Translations under genes and position numbers: made by a program
Shown here: positions 40,431-55,276 of the stretch, piece by piece
Layout of the letters: every line of letters starts with the position of its first letter
Numbering within the stretch: the stretch's first letter is position 1
The notes under the pieces: generated by a model
Database searches by the model: none
What the model was told of the DNA's origin: nothing
What the model saw: only the letters and a program-made list of their open reading frames with translations
NCBI RefSeq assembly: GCF_009914755.1
Contig: NC_060927.1
Source of the DNA: the human T2T-CHM13v2.0 reference genome, Homo sapiens
Length of the DNA: 64,000 nucleotides
Reading direction: 5' to 3' (one strand)

Positions 40431-41529
40431 TTTAAGCAAAAGCAAGACAATATTTTTCACTCAAAGCAGGGAGTTCTAACACCCCCCTACAGCAAGCTCC
40501 AATATTCTTCAGAACTATCAGAATGATCAGACAAAAAATAAAAAGATGTGGCACTCCCCCAAATAACAATTTGCTGTTCTAGTATTTTTAAAGTTCAAAT
40601 TTCAAAAATTGAATAGAGTATCATATGCTTTCATTTGTCATACATGGACATAGGATAGTTATTGCCAGATTGTTGGTGAAAGTAGACTGCCAATTCGTCA
40701 AGTATTTACATCACATAAAGCCTAATTTAAAATGGGATTTTAATATTTTGTGTATTTTTTCTTATAGCTATTTATCTATTTTCTAATTTAATTTCTCACA
40801 TGAAATCTACTGACAGAATAATTAGGTAATCAATAGCATTTAAATAATATTAAATATCAGTTCCCTCCTAACAATAACATGGAATTTAAAACATCATAAT
40901 TATTTTCCATGTTTAAGAAACATTAATTTGAGGTGTGCCCTCTGCCTTGTATAAACTTACTGGGAAACTAGTAGAATTTTTGTTTCATTTCTCATCTGAG
41001 TCTTTATACTTGTTTCTAATAATGAATCCCTTCCAGATAAGCAATTTTTTAAATGGTAACCAAAGGAAAATGTGTCAGATAATAAAAAATGGAGTAGTTT
41101 ATGCTCTTTGTTGCTCTAGAATAAGAATGAAGATCAGTAAGTGAGAGTTCTACAGATGGATTTTACTTAACATTAGAGACATTAAGAATAGTTCAATAAT
41201 AGAGAAGGGTATCTGTGAGATGTGAGTGTGTCATATAGGAACTATTCAAAAAGGCTGGGATGTGTTTCTCTTAAAGATGCCATAGGAGTTAGTCTAGTAG
41301 ACTTTGAATACCCCTTTAAAATTTATTATTGAATTATCAAAGGTTAATAAACCTGAAAAATGTTTACTTTCACAAATAATCAAAAACTTTAGTTTAAAGC
41401 AATAAGATATCATAGCGACAGTTTTAAGACAGCAATAACAACCATTTTTGGTTCGAAGGCAGGAAAGCAACCATTTGTATTGCTGCTGGAGGGAGAGCTG
41501 ATATGTCCAGACAGCAAGATGACCTTTAG

Positions 41530-42185
41530 CAAGATGACCCAAAGGCCTTTATGCCTTTTGACTCAGCAATTCCTCTCAAAGAATGTATTCTAATTATGAA
41601 TTCAATAAGATATTCTAATATGTGCACATGAAGGTATTTAAAGAACTGTTTTCCCAGTTAAAATTTGTAAACAGTCTACATATTTGAAATAAAGAAAATG
41701 GTTAAAAAGCTACAAGTCATTATAAATGTTGTTGTCCATGGATACTCATATTAACTAATATGAAAATGTGCCTACTGCATATTTTTGAGCGATAAAACAG
41801 GTTATAAACTGTGTCTACTAAGTCACAGTTATTTTTATAAAATGTACATTTTTTCATTGTTGTAAGTATGCCTAAAGCAAGGTCTTAAAAGTGAAATGCC
41901 TAATGTTAACAATGGCTTTACCACAGATATTTTCACCTTTTGCTTATTTGTACTTCCAAATTTTCCCGTAATAAAAATGTAGTATTTTTGGCCAGGCACA
42001 GCGGCTCATGCCTATAATCCCAGCACTTTGGGAGGCCGAGGCGGGCAGATCACGAGGTCAGGAGTTCAAGACCAGCCTGGCCAACATGATGAAACCCCGT
42101 CTCTACTAAAAATACAAAAATGAGCTGGGCATGGTGGCATATGCCTGTAATCCCTGTATTAATTTTATAATAAGGAAATATTCTG
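41530..42185 (+). mobile_element. L1ME-like 3' end interrupted by an Alu fragment
   Basis: ccttttgactcagcaattcctctc...ttttgcttatttgtacttccaaattttc. Confidence 0.55.
41990..42154 (+). mobile_element. 3'-truncated AluS (left arm plus ~33 nt of right arm, no poly-A)
   Basis: ggccaggcacagcggctcatgcc...aaatacaaaaatgagctgggcatggtggcatatgcctgtaatccc, then an abrupt end. Confidence 0.92.
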
Positions 42186-45100
42186 AAACTGTATTTTCTG
42201 AATTATTCATTTTATCTATAATTTTCCTAGGTTAGATAATTTTACATGAGTCCAAAAAACAAATATTCCTATAAACTAGGAAAAATATATGTCCACTGTA
42301 GTTTTTTTTACTATTTTATCCCTTCACTTATTTATTTTTTTAGAAGTTTTTTAAAGCTAGTATGAGTTTTGCAGACTCTAGGAAAAGGATAAATCTATTT
42401 CTCCATATCAATTGTTAACTTAGAATTAGGCCTTTCTATTAATCTCTTAAATTCTATATTCATCTCCCCAGGACTTAACTTGAAGATAACTCTTTACCAT
42501 CTACCTACTTCTCACAAATAGTATTATAAAATACTTTCAGCCCTGTGAAAAGCCAGGTATGTTTGTATAAGCCAGAAGATAATATACACCCCAATTTTTT
42601 AACCTGGAAAGAGACTCTTAGGTGTTAAAATGAGAAAATAGCTTTAAGACACTTAATTTTTTCTTCATGTTTCTTGTTTCTTCTATTTTCTTTAGACTTT
42701 TTCTATTTTCCTTCATCTTTCTTCCTGTGCACCACCCCCCATCTAAACATACCCCCACCTGCATATATACACCAAGTGTACTTTTTCTCCTGTAGTCTAA
42801 ATTCTTTCACATTTTTATTTTTCTTTCATATTTTTTCATATGGATGAGAGCTAGCATGATTCTTTCCTTGAATTTACCAATCTGACTAGGTAAAGGGGCA
42901 CATTCTTCGGAAGAATATTTCTTAAAAATAAAATGATTTATAATATTTTCCGTACTAGATGGAAAGCACAAAGGACATTCTACAGCTGACAATTTTATTG
43001 TGTTTGTATAATTTCTGCAAAGGATTCCTGATCATATTCCTGGGAGAACTGAAGGATGTACATGATAATCAATTCTGAGGATATGTTTTTAACCCTTTTT
43101 TTATTAGTTTAATTCCTAAATGACATTTTTCTATACTATCTCATTATTACAAAGTCTTAAAATTATATCAATCCAGTCTCATCTGAATTAGATTAAGACA
43201 GAAATTTTAAAGATCACAAGTACTTTTTGATGCGTTATTTTTTCATTTTACAAAATGCTGTACAGTAGAAATAACTTTGCCTCTCACCCCCAGAAGTCTA
43301 CCGACGCCTATATAATCTTATAATCAACATGAGAAGATCAGTTTGCTGTACTCCTATTTAATCTGGTAGACAACAAAGCTCCAGTTTTAAGAGAAGTCTG
43401 TGAACTATAAAACCTATATATTGGTGAGTGACTGAGCTACCTCCCAGGGAAACCATGTTTTTTTCCACCGATCTGTGAAACCCATGGATCAGATCACCAC
43501 CAGGGCCTTGGGTTCCAAGCACAGAACTGTGCAGATTCTTGGTGAACGCTTGGGTTGCAGCCAGTGGCAGCATGCTGGAGACTGCCTAAGACAACCAAGT
43601 ACCCAGAGGGAGGGGCAGTCACCATCACTGTGGCTCCAATCAGCCGTTTTCCCCTGCCGGTGTTGGGGAGACTGGGCAGTTTGGCCTGGGAGGAATTCCC
43701 CACAATGCAGCACAGTGGCTGTGGCAGATCGTGGCCAACTGCTTCTTTAGGTGGGACCCGGATCCATCCCTCCTCTTTGGGTGGGGCCTCCCTGTGGTAA
43801 CTTCAGTGACTCCAGCCAGGGGTTTATAGGCAGAACTCTGATCTCTCTGGAATGGAGCCCCTGGGGGAAACAGTGGCCATGGTCTCTGGTTCAGTAGACT
43901 TAGCCTTTCCTTCTGCTGGCTCTGAGGAATCAAGGCAGTCCAGACGAGTGGAATTCCCGCCAGGGCAGCACACCCATTCCACCAAGGGACAGATAGAGTG
44001 CTTCGTTAAGAGGGTCCCTGATTCTGTGCCTCCTGAGTAGGTGAGACCTCCAAACAGGGGTCACCAGAAACCTCATACAGGAGAGCTCCCACTGGCATCA
44101 GGTCAGTGCACCTCCAGGATGGATCTCCCAGGGGAAGGAGCAGGCAGCCATCTTTGCTCTTCTGCAGCCTCCACTGGTGATACCTCCAGGTGCATGAGGG
44201 ACCCAGGTAAATAGAGCCTAGAGTGGACCCCCAGCAAACTGCAGAAGAGGAGCTCTACAGAAGAGGGGCCTTACTGTTAAAAGAAAAACAAACAGAAAGC
44301 AACAACATCAACAAAAAATACCCCACAAAATCTCATCCAAAGGTCAGGAGCCTCAAAGATTGAAGGTAGATAAACCCACAAAGATGAGAAAAAAATCCAC
44401 ACAAAAACACTGAAAATTCAAAAAGCTGGGGTGCCTCTTCTATTCCAAATGATTGTAACACCTCTCCAGAAACGGCACAGAACTGGGCTGAGGCAGAGAT
44501 GGATGAATTGACAGAAGTAGGCTTCAGAAGGTGGGTAATAAACTTCACTGAGGTAAAAGAGTATGTTCTAACACAATGCAAAGAAGCTAAGAACCACGAT
44601 AAAACATTACAGGAGCTGTTAGCCAGAATAACTAGTTTAGAAAGTAACAAAGATGACCTGAAAGAGCTGAAAAACACAAGAGAACTTCACAATGCAATCA
44701 CAAGTGTCAATAGCTGAATAGTCCACACGGAGGACAGAATCTCAGAGCTTGATGACTATCTTGCTGAAATAAGACAGGCAGACAAGATAAGAGAAAGAAG
44801 AATGAAAAAGAACAAATGAAGCCTCTGAGAACTATGAGATTATATAACCAAACCTATGACTGATTGGGGTACCTGCAAGAGACGGAGAGAATGGAAACAA
44901 GTTGGAAAACATACTTCAGGATATCATCCAGGAGAACTTTCTCAACCTAGCAAGACAGGCCAACATTCAAATTCAAGAAATCCAGAGAACCCCAGTAAGA
45001 TACTACATGAAAAGATCAACCCCAAGACACATAATCCTCAGACTTTCCAAGGTTAACATGAAGGAAAAAAATTAAAGGGCAGCCAGAGAGAAAGGCCAAG

Positions 45101-46514
45101 TCAATTACAAAGGGAAGCCCATCAGACTGACAGCGGACCTCTCAGCAGAAACTCTACAAACCAGAAGAGATTGGGGGGAGGGGGCCAATATTCAACATTC
45201 TTAAAGAAAAGAATTTCCAATCCAGAATTCCATATCAAACCAAACTAAGCTTAATAAGCAAAGGAGAAACAAGATTGTTTTCAGACAAGAAAATGCTGCG
45301 GGAATTCATCACCACTAGGCCTGCCTTGCAAGAGCTCCTGAAGGAAGCACTGAATATGAAAAGGAAAAACCGTTATCAGTCAATACAAAAACACCCTGAA
45401 GTACACAGACCAATGACACCATGAAGAAACTACATTAACAAGTCTGCAAAATAACCAGCCAGCATCATGGAGACAAAATCAAATTCACACATAACAATAT
45501 CAACCTTAAATATAAATGGGCTAAATACCCCAATTAAAAGACACAGAATGGCAAATGGCATAAAGAGTAAAGACCCATTGGTGTGCTGTCTTCAAAAGAT
45601 GTGTCTCACATGCCAGACACACATAGGCTCAAAATAAAGGAATGGAGGAAATTTTACCAAGCAAATGGAAAGCAGAAAAAATGCAGGGGTTGCAATCCTA
45701 GTTTCTGACAAAACAGACTTTAAACTAACAAAGATCAAAAAAGACAAAAAAAGGCATTACATAATGGTAAAGTGTTCAATTCAACAAGAAGAGCTAACTA
45801 TGCTAAATATATATGCACCCAATACAGGAGAACCCAGAATCATAAAACAAGTTCTTAGAGACCTGCAAAGAGACTTAGACTCCCACACAATCATAGTGGG
45901 AAACTTTAACACCCAACTGTCAATATTAGACAGATATCGAGACAGAAAGTGTAAAAGATATTCAGGGCTTGAACTCAGCTCTAGATCAAGTGGACCTGAT
46001 AGAGATTTACAGAAATCTCCACCCAAAAACAACAGAATATACTTTCTTCTTGGTGCCACATGGCACTTCCTCTAAAATTGATCACATAATTGGAAGTAAA
46101 ACACTCCTCAGCAAATGCAAAAGAACTGAAATCATAACAGTCTCTCAGACCACAGCGCAATTTAATTAGAACTCAATATTAAGAAACTCACTAAACACCA
46201 CACAACTACATAGAAGTTGAACATCCTGCTCTTGAATGACTCCTGGGTAAGTAATGAAATTAAGACAGAAATTAAGAAGTTCCTTGAAACTAATGAGAAG
46301 AAAGAGGCCATGTACCAAAATCCCTGGGACACAGCTAATGCAGTGTTAACAGAAAAATTTACAGCACTAAATGCCCACATCAAAAAGCTAGAAAGATCTC
46401 AAATCAACATCCTAACATCACAACTAATGAACTAGAGAACCAAGAGCAAACAGACCCCTAAGCTAGCAGAAGACAAGAAATAACCAAGGTCAGAGCAGAA
46501 CTGAAGGAGATGCA

Positions 46515-46515
<1 letters not shown>

Positions 46516-46555
<40 letters not shown>
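46516..46555. repeat. (CA)n microsatellite, ~20 units, within L1 ORF2
   Basis: Directly visible. Confidence 0.98.
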
Positions 46556-46559
<4 letters not shown>

Positions 46560-47992
46560 CAAAATATCAACAAATCCCTAAACTGGCTTTTTGAAAAAAA
46601 TTAAGAAAATAGATAGATTGCTAGCTGAATTAATAAAGAAGAAAAGACAGAAGAATCAAATAGACACAATAAAAAAAGATAAAAGGGATATCACCACTGG
46701 CCCCACAGAAATACAACCATCAAAGAATACTATAAACACCTCTGTGCAAATAAACTAAGAAATCTAGAAGAAATGGATAAATTCCTGGACACAAACACCC
46801 TCTCAAGACTGAACCAGGAAGAAGTTGAATCCCTGAAGAGGCCAGTAATGAGTTTTGAAATTGAGGTAGTAATAAATAGCCTACAAACCAAAAAAGCCAA
46901 GGACCAGAGTGATTCACAGCTGAATTCTACCAGAGATACAAAAAGGAGCTGGTACCATTTCTTCTGAAACTATTCCAAAAAATTGAAAAGGAGTGACTCT
47001 TCCCTCACTCATTTTATGAGCTCAGTATCATCCTGATACCAAAACCTGGTCAAGACAAAACAAAACAACGAAAAAAGAACTTCAGCCAATATCCCTGATG
47101 AACATTGATGCAAAAATCCTCAATAAAATACTTGCAAACCAAATTCTGCAGCACATCAAAAAGCGTATCCACCACAATCAAGTTGGCTTCATCCCCAGGA
47201 TTCAAGGCTGACTCAACGTAGGTAAATCAATAAACGTAATTCATCACATAAACAAAACTAAGAACAAAAACCACATGATTACCTCAATAGGTACAGAAAA
47301 TGCCTGCTATACAATTCAACATTTCTTCATGTTAAAAACTCTGAATAAAATATATATTGAAGGAACATATCTCAAAATAATAAGAGTCACTTATGCCAAA
47401 CTCATAGCCAATATCATACTGAATGGGCAAAAGCTGGAGGCATTCCCCTTGAAAACCGGCACAAGACAAAGATGCCCTTTCTCACCACTCCTATTCAGGG
47501 TAGTATTGGAAGTTCTGGCCAGGGCAATCAGGCAAGAGAAAGAAATAAAGCGTATTCAAATAGGAAGAAAGGAAGTCAAACTCTCTCTGTTTGCAGGTGA
47601 CATGATACTATATCTAGAAAACCATATTGACTCAGCCCAAAAGCTTCTTAAGCTGATAACTTCAGCAAAGACTCAGGATACAAAAACAATGTGCAAAAAT
47701 CACAAGCACTCCTATACACAAATAACAGCTAAGCAGAGGGCCAAATCATAGATGAATTCCCATTAACAATCGCTACAGAGAATAAAATATCTAGGAATAC
47801 AGCTATCAAGGAAAGTGAAGAACCCTCTTCAAGGAGAACTACAAACCATTGCTCAAGGAAATCAGAGAGGACACAAACAAGTGGAAAAACATTTCATGAT
47901 CATGAACAGAAAGAATCAATATCATGAAAATCGCCATACTGCCCAAAGTAATTTATAGATTCAATGCTATTCCCATCAAACTACTCTTGAAA

Positions 47993-49017
47993 TTTTTTTT
48001 ATTATACTTTAAGTTTTAGGGTACATGTGCACAACGTGCAGGTTAGTTACGTATACAAGTGCCATGTTGTTGTGCTGCACCCAGTAACTCATCATTTAAC
48101 ATTAGGTATATCTCCAAATGCTATCCCTCCACCCTCCCCCCACCCCACAACAGGCCCCAGTGTGTGATGTTCCCCTTCCTGTGTCCATGTGTTCTCATTG
48201 TTCAATTCCCACCTATGAGTGAGAACATGTGGTGTTTGGTTTTTTGTCCTTGCAATAGTTTGCTGAGAATGATGGTTTCCAGCTTCATCCATGTCCCTAC
48301 AAAGGACATGAACGCATCATTTTTTATGGCTGCATAGTATTCCATGGTGTATATATGCCACATTTTCTTAATCAAGTCTATCATTGTTGGACATTTGGGT
48401 TGGTTCCAAGTCGTCGTTATTGTGAATAGTGCCACAATAAACATATGTGTGCATGTGTCTTTATAGCAGCATGATATATGATCCTTTGGGTATATACCCA
48501 GTAATGGGATGGCTGGGTCAAATGGTATTTCTAGTTCTAGATCCCTGAGGAATCGCCACACTGACTTCCACAATGGTTGAACGAGCCAAAATTGACAAAT
48601 GGGATCTAATTAAACTAACGACCTTCTGCACAGCAAAAGAAACTACCATCAGAGTGAACAGGCAACCTACAGAATGGGAGAAAATTTTTGCAATCTACTA
48701 ATCTGACAAAGGGCTAATATCCAGAATCTACAATGAACTCAAACAAATTTACAAGAAAAAAACAAACAACCCCATCAAAAAGTGGGCAAAGGATATGAAC
48801 AGACACTTCTCAAAAGAAGACATTTATGCAGCCAAAAGACACATGAAAAAATGCTCATCATCACTGGCCATCAGAGAAATGCAAATCAAAACCATAATGA
48901 GATACCATCTCACACTAGTTAGAATGGTGAGCATTAAAAAGTCAGGAAACAACAGGTGCTGGAGAGGATGTGGGTAAATAGGAACACTTTTACACTGTTG
49001 GTGGGACTGTAAACTAG
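47993..49017 (-). mobile_element. Young L1PA (PA4-like) insertion with a 5' inversion (twin priming)
   Basis: poly-T and 3' UTR on minus 47993-48582, then an inverted + segment 48584-49017 ending gactgtaaactag, contiguous in L1 with gttcaaccattg; TSD core tactcttga (47982-47990 / 49018-49026). Confidence 0.93.
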
Positions 49018-49563
49018 TACTCTTGACATTCTTGACAGAATTAGAAAAAAACTATTTTAAAATTCATATGGAACCAAAAAAGAGCCTGTATAGCCAAAAC
49101 AATGCTAACCAAAAAGAACAAAGCTGGAGGCATCAGGCTACCCAACTTCAAACTGTACTACACGGCTACAGTAACCAAAACAGCATAGTACTGGTACAAA
49201 AACAGACACAGAGACCCATGGAACAGAATAGAGAACTAAGAAATAAGACCACACATCTACAACCATCTAATCTTCAACAAACCTGATGAAAACAAGCAAT
49301 GAAGAAAGGATTCCCTATTTAATAAATGGTGCTAGGAGAACTGGCTAGCCATATGCAGGAAATTGAAACCGGTCTCCTTCCTTACATCTTATACAAAAAT
49401 TAACTCAAAATGGATTAAAGACTTAATTGTAAAACCCAAAGCTATAAAAACCCTAGAAGAAAATCTAGGCAATGTGATTCAGGATATAGGTACAGGCAAA
49501 GATTTCAAGATGAAAACATCAAAAGTAATTGCAATGAAACTAAAAATTGACCAATGAGATATT

Positions 49564-50754
<1,191 letters not shown>

Positions 50755-51837
50755 TTATCCATCAGACAAAGAGCTAGTATTCAGAGTCCACAGGGAACTT
50801 AAACAAATTTACAAGAAAAAAAAAAACAACCCCATTAAAAAGTGGGCAAAGACATAAACTGACACTTCTCAAAAGAAGACATTTATGCAACCAACAAACA
50901 AATGAAAAAAGGCTCAACATCACTGATCATTAGAGAAATGCAAATCAAAACCACAGTGAGATACCATCTCATGCCAGTCACAATAGCAATTATTAAAAAG
51001 TCAAGAAACAACAGATGCTGGTGAGGCTGCAGAGAGATACGAATGCTTTTGCACTGTTGATGGGAATGTAAATTAGTTCACTCATGGTCTAAGATGGTGT
51101 GGTGATTCCTCAAAGACCTAGAACCAGAAATAGTATTTAAACTACCATTTGACCCAGCAATCTCATTACTGGGTATATACCCAAAGGAATATAAATCATT
51201 CTGTTATAAAGATACAAGCACACATACGTTCATTACAGCACTATTCACAATAGCCAATAAATGGAATCAACCCAAATGCCCATCAATGATAGACTGGATA
51301 AAGAAAATGTTACATATACACCATGGAATACTATACAGCCACAAAAGGAATGAGATAATGTCCTCTGCAGGGACATGGATGGAGCTGGAAGCCATTATCC
51401 TCAGCAAACTAACTCAGGAACAGAAAACAAAACATCACATGTTCTCACTCAAAAGTGGGAGCTGAACAATGAGAACACATGGACACAAGGAGGGGAACAA
51501 CACACACTGGAACCTGTCCAGGGGTGGGGGATGGGGGAGGGGGAGCATCATGAAAAATTGCTACTGCATGCTGGGTTTAATACTTAGGTTATAGGTCAAT
51601 AGGTGCAGCAAACCTCCATGGCATACATTTACCTATGTAACAAAGCTGTACATCCTACACATGTACCCCAGAAATTAAAATAAATTTTAAAAAACCCTAT
51701 ATATCAGCACTGATTTTCATAATACAAAGTTTCCAGGAACAATAGAAAATAAAATTAACTGAAAATGAAGTCAGGAAAGAAGAGTTCAAACAGCCAATGT
51801 TTGAATCTAGGAAAAGATTGGTTTAAAAAAGTGTTTA

Positions 51838-52182
<345 letters not shown>

Positions 52183-52696
52183 TTAGTATCTTGGCTGAAA
52201 TACTCTTAAACAGGAATCTGTAATACTTGCCTTCACTCTGCTATGCATGTGATGGAAAGAAAAAAAATGATCTGTCTGTGTTACCCTAAGGTAACTTTAT
52301 TTCTTCATCTGTAAGATTGAGTAGGGTAGGTGGGTGGGGACATTTTATCCTATGTAAAGTCTTTCCATTCCCAGCATTCTATGATTGTACAGGATTGCTC
52401 ATGCTAGATTTCTAAACTGAAAATATCCTTCTGCCTAAATGTAAAATGCCACTTGACATTTCTGCAAGCCATAATTCAAGGAAATGGAAGAACAAATACC
52501 AAAGTAATTTAGCATAACAGAATGCTAAAGGGGAATTTTTTTCTTCTATCTATGTGTCAGCGGAGGTTCAAAAAGTTTGAAAGCAAAGTAATTTATTGAG
52601 ATGTTTAATACAAAAGTATTTCTACATGCCAAAATGAGGTGGTTAGACTCTGTGTGAAGAGTCATTTTGCCAAGAAGGTAGCTCCAAAACTGATCT

Positions 52697-53403
52697 TGTG
52701 ACACTTAAGCCAACCATCACTTTAAGATATAAACAAAGGATGCGGAAACTATAAGGGATGATTGCATCAGAGAGAGTCTTATGTGTGAATTGAGACCCAC
52801 TCCATTGGAGGGGAGGAAAGCTTTTCTCTTTTTCATTTCTAGCCTCTATTCACATAGCCCAAATAGCTTAAGGTAGTCCTCTAGGGTAACAATGAGAGGG
52901 ACACAGCAGACCTGTGTCTCACTAACACCTGAAGAAGTCTACAGGCAAAAAGCTGTACCTGGAGTTGCAGGGAGCAGTGGGGAAACAGTGGAAAAGTTGG
53001 TATTGCAAAATGTTTGAGTTTCCTACAGGCCAAGCAGAAGTTAAACCAGGAGTTGTGCAAGAGGGGAGGCTTGGCAATGTGCAGGACTGTAACAGAAAAC
53101 ACTGTGATGTGTATTACAAGGGGCATGAGCTGGAGGAGGTGAGCCATAAGAAACTAGTCAAAGAGTTCATGAGTTTGGAAATGTGCAATGCAGAGATCCC
53201 TCAGTGGGGTCATCAAAGAACCCTCAACTATACCCCCAGAAAAAAGAGAATGCTTTGCACATCTGCCAAGCCTCAAGAACAGCAATGCTACCTTTTTCCT
53301 TCTTCCCATCCTCAGTGAAAGGAAAACTGTGACTACTGAGTTAAAGGGAAGAAGAAAAGACAGTTCTCTCTGGTGTTTCACCTGTTTAACATAGAATGTT
53401 ACA
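52697..53403. mobile_element. Possible ancient LTR
   Basis: Purine/GC-richer block bounded by tgtgaca and gttaca; no TSD, family not recognised. Confidence 0.3.
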
Positions 53404-53848
53404 GAAGCAATGAATTAAAGCATGGTGGGAGTTTTATAGAATGACTATTTTCTTGTCAGCTCTGAGTAAACCCCATTTCTTTTCTCACATTGAACAAATA
53501 ATAAATCAAAAGCGCCAAAATATTTTTATTATTCTCCAAGTAATAAGCTCAGATATCTATCTCTACAAGAATAAAATAGCCATTTAGCATGAAAGTTAAG
53601 TTATGAGAGCATGGTTTAGCAAAAGTGTAGAAAACAAAAGAACTAAACTCCTTAACATGAGAGCATAAATGAAATGTAAATATGGAATCTAGCAGAGTGA
53701 TGTGAAGAGAAGAACGTCTGAGCAACATAGAGAGACGAGAAGCCTTAAGGAAGTGATGTCTAACTTCAAAGTTAAGCTCTTTGAACTTTTGTCACATAAA
53801 CCGCTGTGCACTTTATCAAAACCAGGAGTAAAATCTGATACACATTCT

Positions 53849-53849
<1 letters not shown>

Positions 53850-53902
<53 letters not shown>

Positions 53903-53913
53903 TATAGATAGAT
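53850..53913. repeat. (AGAT)13 ATAT (AGAT)2 tetranucleotide STR
   Basis: Directly counted: 13 perfect units at 53850-53901. Confidence 0.98.
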
Positions 53914-54207
53914 TGTTTTTGAAGAAAGGGGCAAATTTTCACAATTAGATTGATGATGGAGTAGCAGTAAAAGACTAGATGGCACTTAATACATATCAAG
54001 AATCAATGTAGTCAAGAAATAAGAACCAAATATGGCCCCGATAATATAAGTCACTCATTCATACGCACCTACCAATCCCCCAAATTTTGGAGAAATCTTG
54101 AGGTAGTCATTGAACATTCCACAGAGGACACAAGGAAATTTGGACCAATCTTATCTATGTCTTATCTAGACTTCAGTTGACATCTGGCTAATGTTCAAAA
54201 TTACTTA

Positions 54208-54402
<195 letters not shown>

Positions 54403-55276
54403 TTATTTTTATGAAATTTATTTTCTTCAAACATTTACGTGTGTTTACCATGTGCTGGATTACTAATTAAAGTCCTGGGGTGGGACACACAAGAAGATGA
54501 AAAAGATATGACTCCGGTCCACAAGAAGCTTACAGTTTTACATGGGAAATGAAAGAGTTTCATGTAACTTTAATAAAGGTAGAAAATGAGATATGTCATA
54601 AGAAACAAAAATTCTCTGAAGAGATAATAATGAACTACAAAAATTTTTTTACCATTCCCATTTTAAAATTCTGAATAGCCAGATGTACATTTACTAAAAA
54701 CAAAACAAAGCTTTTGTTAAAGAATTGCCACACTTATTTATTCCCTCAACTACTTTATTTGCGTGTTACCTCCTTAAATGTTTTCAAAAGCCAATTCAGT
54801 TATTAAATATTGTTTTCTAAAAATTATGTGTGTTATATAATAGTTTTCACAGATTTGGCTACACTTCTTAAAATGCATTCATCTAGCAAAAGTTCCCCAT
54901 TAACAATCTATTTTATGTTTTAAATACAGAGCCAATTTTCTCATCTTATATCAATACACTTCATGCACACAGAATGTTCCAGAGAATGCAGCCTGTGAGA
55001 TATGAGGGGAACCGTAGGCATCCTGCAGATATTTGGCTGGTGCGCAAATTGATCAGACTTGTCATAAGTGTTTGCAGAATAAAATGCCTACAGAGCCAGT
55101 CAAATAATATCAATGAATGAATTGAACCTAATACAAGAAAATAAATGGGTAATAAATAGTAAATAAAACTCACCCTCAGTTTTTAAGGCAATAAAAAAAT
55201 TCAGAGACTATACTGAATTAAAGAGAACCCATTTTACATAAAAGCCATAGTTACTCTTAAGGAATGACATACATTC

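Noticed and set aside
52965-53318. 117-aa ORF
   Set aside because: Non-ATG start, no domain similarity, lies in a probable ancient LTR-like block
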